From NCBI GenBank assembly GCA_003222085.1, contig QHUK01000024.1:2078-66077 (forward strand): DNA of 64,000 nt, in the 5' to 3' direction. Within the stretch, counting starts at the first letter, position 1. Each line of letters begins with the position of its first letter. This DNA is from Gemmatimonadota bacterium (lineage in GTDB: Bacteria; Gemmatimonadota; Gemmatimonadetes; Gemmatimonadales; GWC2-71-9). Below the pieces are notes generated by a model. It was not told where the DNA came from, searched no databases, and worked only from the letters and a program-made list of their open reading frames with translations. Shown here in pieces: positions 61,111 to 64,000 of this stretch. The translations under genes were made by a program, and so were the position numbers.

Positions 61111-64000
61111 TCAATGCCACTCATAGGCGCCGATGTCGTAGGCGCCGCCGGCGGGCCGGGCGATCCCGTCGAAGTCGAGCACGGGCACGCAGCCGGTCAT
61201 GCCGGCGGCACAGCGGGTCGTGCCCGCGTCAATCGCCACCGCGCCACTCCGGAGGTGGTAATCCCCGCTCATATCCCCAGTGTAGTTCACGAAGAGCGCG
61301 CTGAACTGGGCGGCAGTCGACGTGATGGTGCCGGACTGGGTTCCGCCGCAGCAAAGATCAAAATTCGCGGTGGAGTTGTTGTAGACGATGTTGTTGTTGT
61401 AGACGTTGTGAGGACCAGCGGTCGGGTATTCGTAAATCCCCCGGCCGTTGTTGACCGCAATGTTGTTGTCCACGGTCGTGTAATCGTCCGACGTAATGGC
61501 GCCGTCGGCGGCGATTTGAATGCCGTATTTGCAGTTGGCCACCACGTTATTGGAGACGATCGAGCGCGTGGAGCCGTGGTAGTGCGTGATGCACGCGGCG
61601 GACGCCCGGGTGACGATGTTGTTCATGATGACGCTACCTGGGCCGGCCGCATAGATGCCGTGGATCAGGTTCGAGCCGGTGCCCATGGCGATGTTGTCGA
61701 CCACGTTGCCGATGATTCGAATGCCAACGAGGTTGTAGCTGCAGCAATCCGCGAGGATGGCGGCATAGCCGCCGGTGCCCGGCAGGTCGTGGACGCGGTT
61801 GCCAATCACATTGTTGTAATTGCCGTTGACGCCAATGCCTTCGGAGCAGTTGCCGGTGACGTCGAAGTTGATGATCTGGACATAGTCGCCGCTGTTCCAG
61901 ATGGGGTCGCACCCCGAGCCATAAACCTTGGCTCCCCATTTCGTGTCAGAGACGTAGGAGATCGGAGCCGAAGCCGTGCCGCTCTTGGTCACCTTGTTCC
62001 CCGAGTAGGTCCAGGTGTAGTTGCCGGCAGCGAAATGGGCGTTGTCGCCGGGACGCATGAGTTGGGAGACGCGTGCCATCGTGTAGCAGGCAGCGGCGGC
62101 GGTGCAGGGATTCGCATCCGAGCCCGACGGCGCGACGTAGTAATTCGTGCCAGTGCCCAACGTGTAGAGCGGCGTCGGGTCGCTCACGAGAGTCACCGTC
62201 ACCGCGCTGCTCCCGGTGTGCCCTTCGCTCGTCGCCGTGATCGTCGCTGCCCCTACCGCGACGCCGGTCACGAGCCCGCCCGTCGAGACAGTCGCCATAC
62301 CTAGGGTGCTGGACGCCCAAGTGAGCGAGCGGCCCGTGAGCACGTTGCCGCTCGCGTCTTTGAGTGTCGCCGTGAGCTGCACCGTGGCCCCGACCGAGAC
62401 GCTCGTCGCCGCCGGGCTCACGGTCACGGAGGCCACGGGTGCCGGCTGGGGCGGGGTCCAGGGTGAGACGCTGACGTTGCAGACCGTTGCCGTGCCCGCA
62501 TTCGCGTCGAGGCCGAGATTGTTCAGGACGCTCACCGTCGCCTGCTCCGTGCGGAAGGCGAACGCGTTACCCAACAGCTGTTCGGCGGCGCCGGCGGGCG
62601 TCACGTGGATGTCGTAGGTATGGGAGGCGAGATCGACGTCCAGGCGAAAGTGGTAGCTCGTGCCCGCGGTGTAAGGAATGGTGGCCGTGGCGGCATAGAC
62701 GCCCCCGTTGCGAGCGTCGATCGTGCCGGCAGAGTCGAAGCGCACGATGGCAGCCAGGTTGGTCCAATCCGCGGCAGGGCCGTTGGACAGGCCCACCACG
62801 CCGTTCATGTTCGCCGTTGTGGGGATGGCGTCGAACTGGGCTTCAAAGGCGCCGGCCTGCGACGGGATCGCAACGTTCTGCCAGGCCCCGGAGCTGATCA
62901 CGCAGCTCGCGGCGGCGATGGTAAGCGCCGCCGTGCCGCTCTGACCTTCGCTCGTGGCCGTGATCGTCGCCGGCCCGCCGGCCATGCCCGTCGCCAGCCC
63001 GCTGCCGCTCACCACGGCGACGGCGGTGTTGCTGCTCGCCCACGTCACAGTCCGACCGGTGAGCATATTCCCGGCCGAGTCCTTGGTCACGGCGATGAAT
63101 TGCTGAGTGCCGCCGACCAGGAGACTCGCGGACGCCGGACTCACCGTCACCGATGCTACGGGAACGTTCGTGACCGTGACGGCGGCAGTGCTGCTCTTCG
63201 TCTCGCTCGTCGCCGTGATCGTCGCCGAGCCTGCGACCTTCCCGCCGACCACGCCACCGCTGCTCACGGTGGCGACGGCGGTGTTGCTGCTTGCCCACGT
63301 GACGCCGCGCCCGGTGAGTGTGTTGCCCGCCGAGTCTTTGGTCACGGCGGTGAATTGCCGGGTGGCGCCCACCGGCACACTCGCCGTCGTGGGGCTCACT
63401 GTCACCGATGCCACAGGGATAGTGGTTATCGTGACGGCCGCAGTATCGGTCAGCGTCCCACCGCTGCTCTGAGTGGCTGCCACGTGGTAGGGTCCCGCAG
63501 TCTGCCCTGCCGTATAGAGCCCGGCGGCAGTGATGGTGCCGCCGCTGGCGGCGTACAGGACGTTTATCGAGGTACTGTCGCCGTTCTTTCTCCTCCCGTA
63601 GGCCGCGTACTGCAGCGTTCCGCCGGTGAGCACGGAGGCGGTCACCGGGGAGAGAATGACCTTTGTCAGCGGACCTCGGTTCTTGACCGTCGAGCTACCA
63701 GAGGCCGTTGTATTGGCAGTGGTTGCGGCGGCTGGAGCCATTGCCGCCAACTGCGCTGTTGCCGTCACTTGATACGTGCCGACGTTGGTGTCTGCGGCGT
63801 AGAGACCGCCGCTCGTGATCGTGCCCCCAGACACGCTCCAACTCACGACGACGGCGACGCTGTCGCCGGCCTGCGTGCGACCGTACGCGAGAAACTGTTG
63901 TGTCTGGTAAGGATCGAGCGTGACGCTCGGGGGCGACGTGACGATTTGCACGACTGGGTCGCCCGGCGGCGGCTGAGTGGGACCGAGTGGGCGTTCGCAC
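61111..64000 (-). CDS. Secreted multi-Ig (Big_2) + beta-sandwich + beta-helix protein, 5'-partial; paralog of 58422-61037
   Basis: Frame open to the right edge (CERPLGPTQ...); repeated VASVTVSP units; C-terminal part nearly identical to the neighbour. Confidence 0.88.
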   Translation of the reverse strand, partial: CERPLGPTQPPPGDPVVQIVTSPPSVTLDPYQTQQFLAYGRTQAGDSVAVVVSWSVSGGTITSGGLYAADTNVGTYQVTATAQLAAMAPAAATTANTTASGSSTVKNRGPLTKVILSPVTASVLTGGTLQYAAYGRRKNGDSTSINVLYAASGGTITAAGLYTAGQTAGPYHVAATQSSGGTLTDTAAVTITTIPVASVTVSPTTASVPVGATRQFTAVTKDSAGNTLTGRGVTWASSNTAVATVSSGGVVGGKVAGSATITATSETKSSTAAVTVTNVPVASVTVSPASASLLVGGTQQFIAVTKDSAGNMLTGRTVTWASSNTAVAVVSGSGLATGMAGGPATITATSEGQSGTAALTIAAASCVISSGAWQNVAIPSQAGAFEAQFDAIPTTANMNGVVGLSNGPAADWTNLAAIVRFDSAGTIDARNGGVYAATATIPYTAGTSYHFRLDVDLASHTYDIHVTPAGAAEQLLGNAFAFRTEQATVSVLNNLGLDANAGTATVCNVSVSPWTPPQPAPVASVTVSPAATSVSVGATVQLTATLKDASGNVLTGRSLTWASSTLGMATVSTGGLVTGVAVGAATITATSEGHTGSSAVTVTLVSDPTPLYTLGTGTNYYVAPSGSDANPCTAAAACYTMARVSQLMRPGDNAHFAAGNYTWTYSGNKVTKSGTASAPISYVSDTKWGAKVYGSGCDPIWNSGDYVQIINFDVTGNCSEGIGVNGNYNNVIGNRVHDLPGTGGYAAILADCCSYNLVGIRIIGNVVDNIAMGTGSNLIHGIYAAGPGSVIMNNIVTRASAACITHYHGSTRSIVSNNVVANCKYGIQIAADGAITSDDYTTVDNNIAVNNGRGIYEYPTAGPHNVYNNNIVYNNSTANFDLCCGGTQSGTITSTAAQFSALFVNYTGDMSGDYHLRSGAVAIDAGTTRCAAGMTGCVPVLDFDGIARPAGGAYDIGAYEWH

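Overview
High-GC bacterial window. Gene content suggests Gemmatimonadota, which is an inference. It has four parts. (1) 1-9666 is the right part of an integrative element ending in a duplicated 3' half of tRNA-Lys(UUU), the att site at 9623-9666. It carries mobC-xis-integrase (integrase runs off the left edge), radC and IS3 remnants, and two frameshifted small genes. It also carries an intact wHTH + double-domain KaiC-like ATPase + PocR-type histidine kinase operon that lies between the two halves of an IS3-like transposase. (2) 9678-18469 is core genome: ilvE, two convergent lytic transglycosylases separated by a ~150-bp palindrome of 13-bp repeats, moaC, holB with a REP/heptamer insertion, and a Kef-type antiporter. 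(3) 18634-27217 is a signalling cluster of three hybrid PAS/GAF kinases, an Rcp1-type receiver and a receiver remnant. (4) 27567-64000 is a large surface-polysaccharide locus with Wzx, an ABC exporter, 3 GT4s, an AlgD-like dehydrogenase, RfbB, 3 AsnB amidotransferases and 2 methyltransferases. It also has a natural-product-like tailoring set (ACP, GNAT, ATP-grasp, FAD oxidoreductase, AAC(3)-family acyltransferase, LLM monooxygenase, alpha/alpha-toroid, GINT1-like propeller) and four secreted beta-helix proteins in two tandem paralog pairs. All calls come from reading motifs by eye; no database searches were run.
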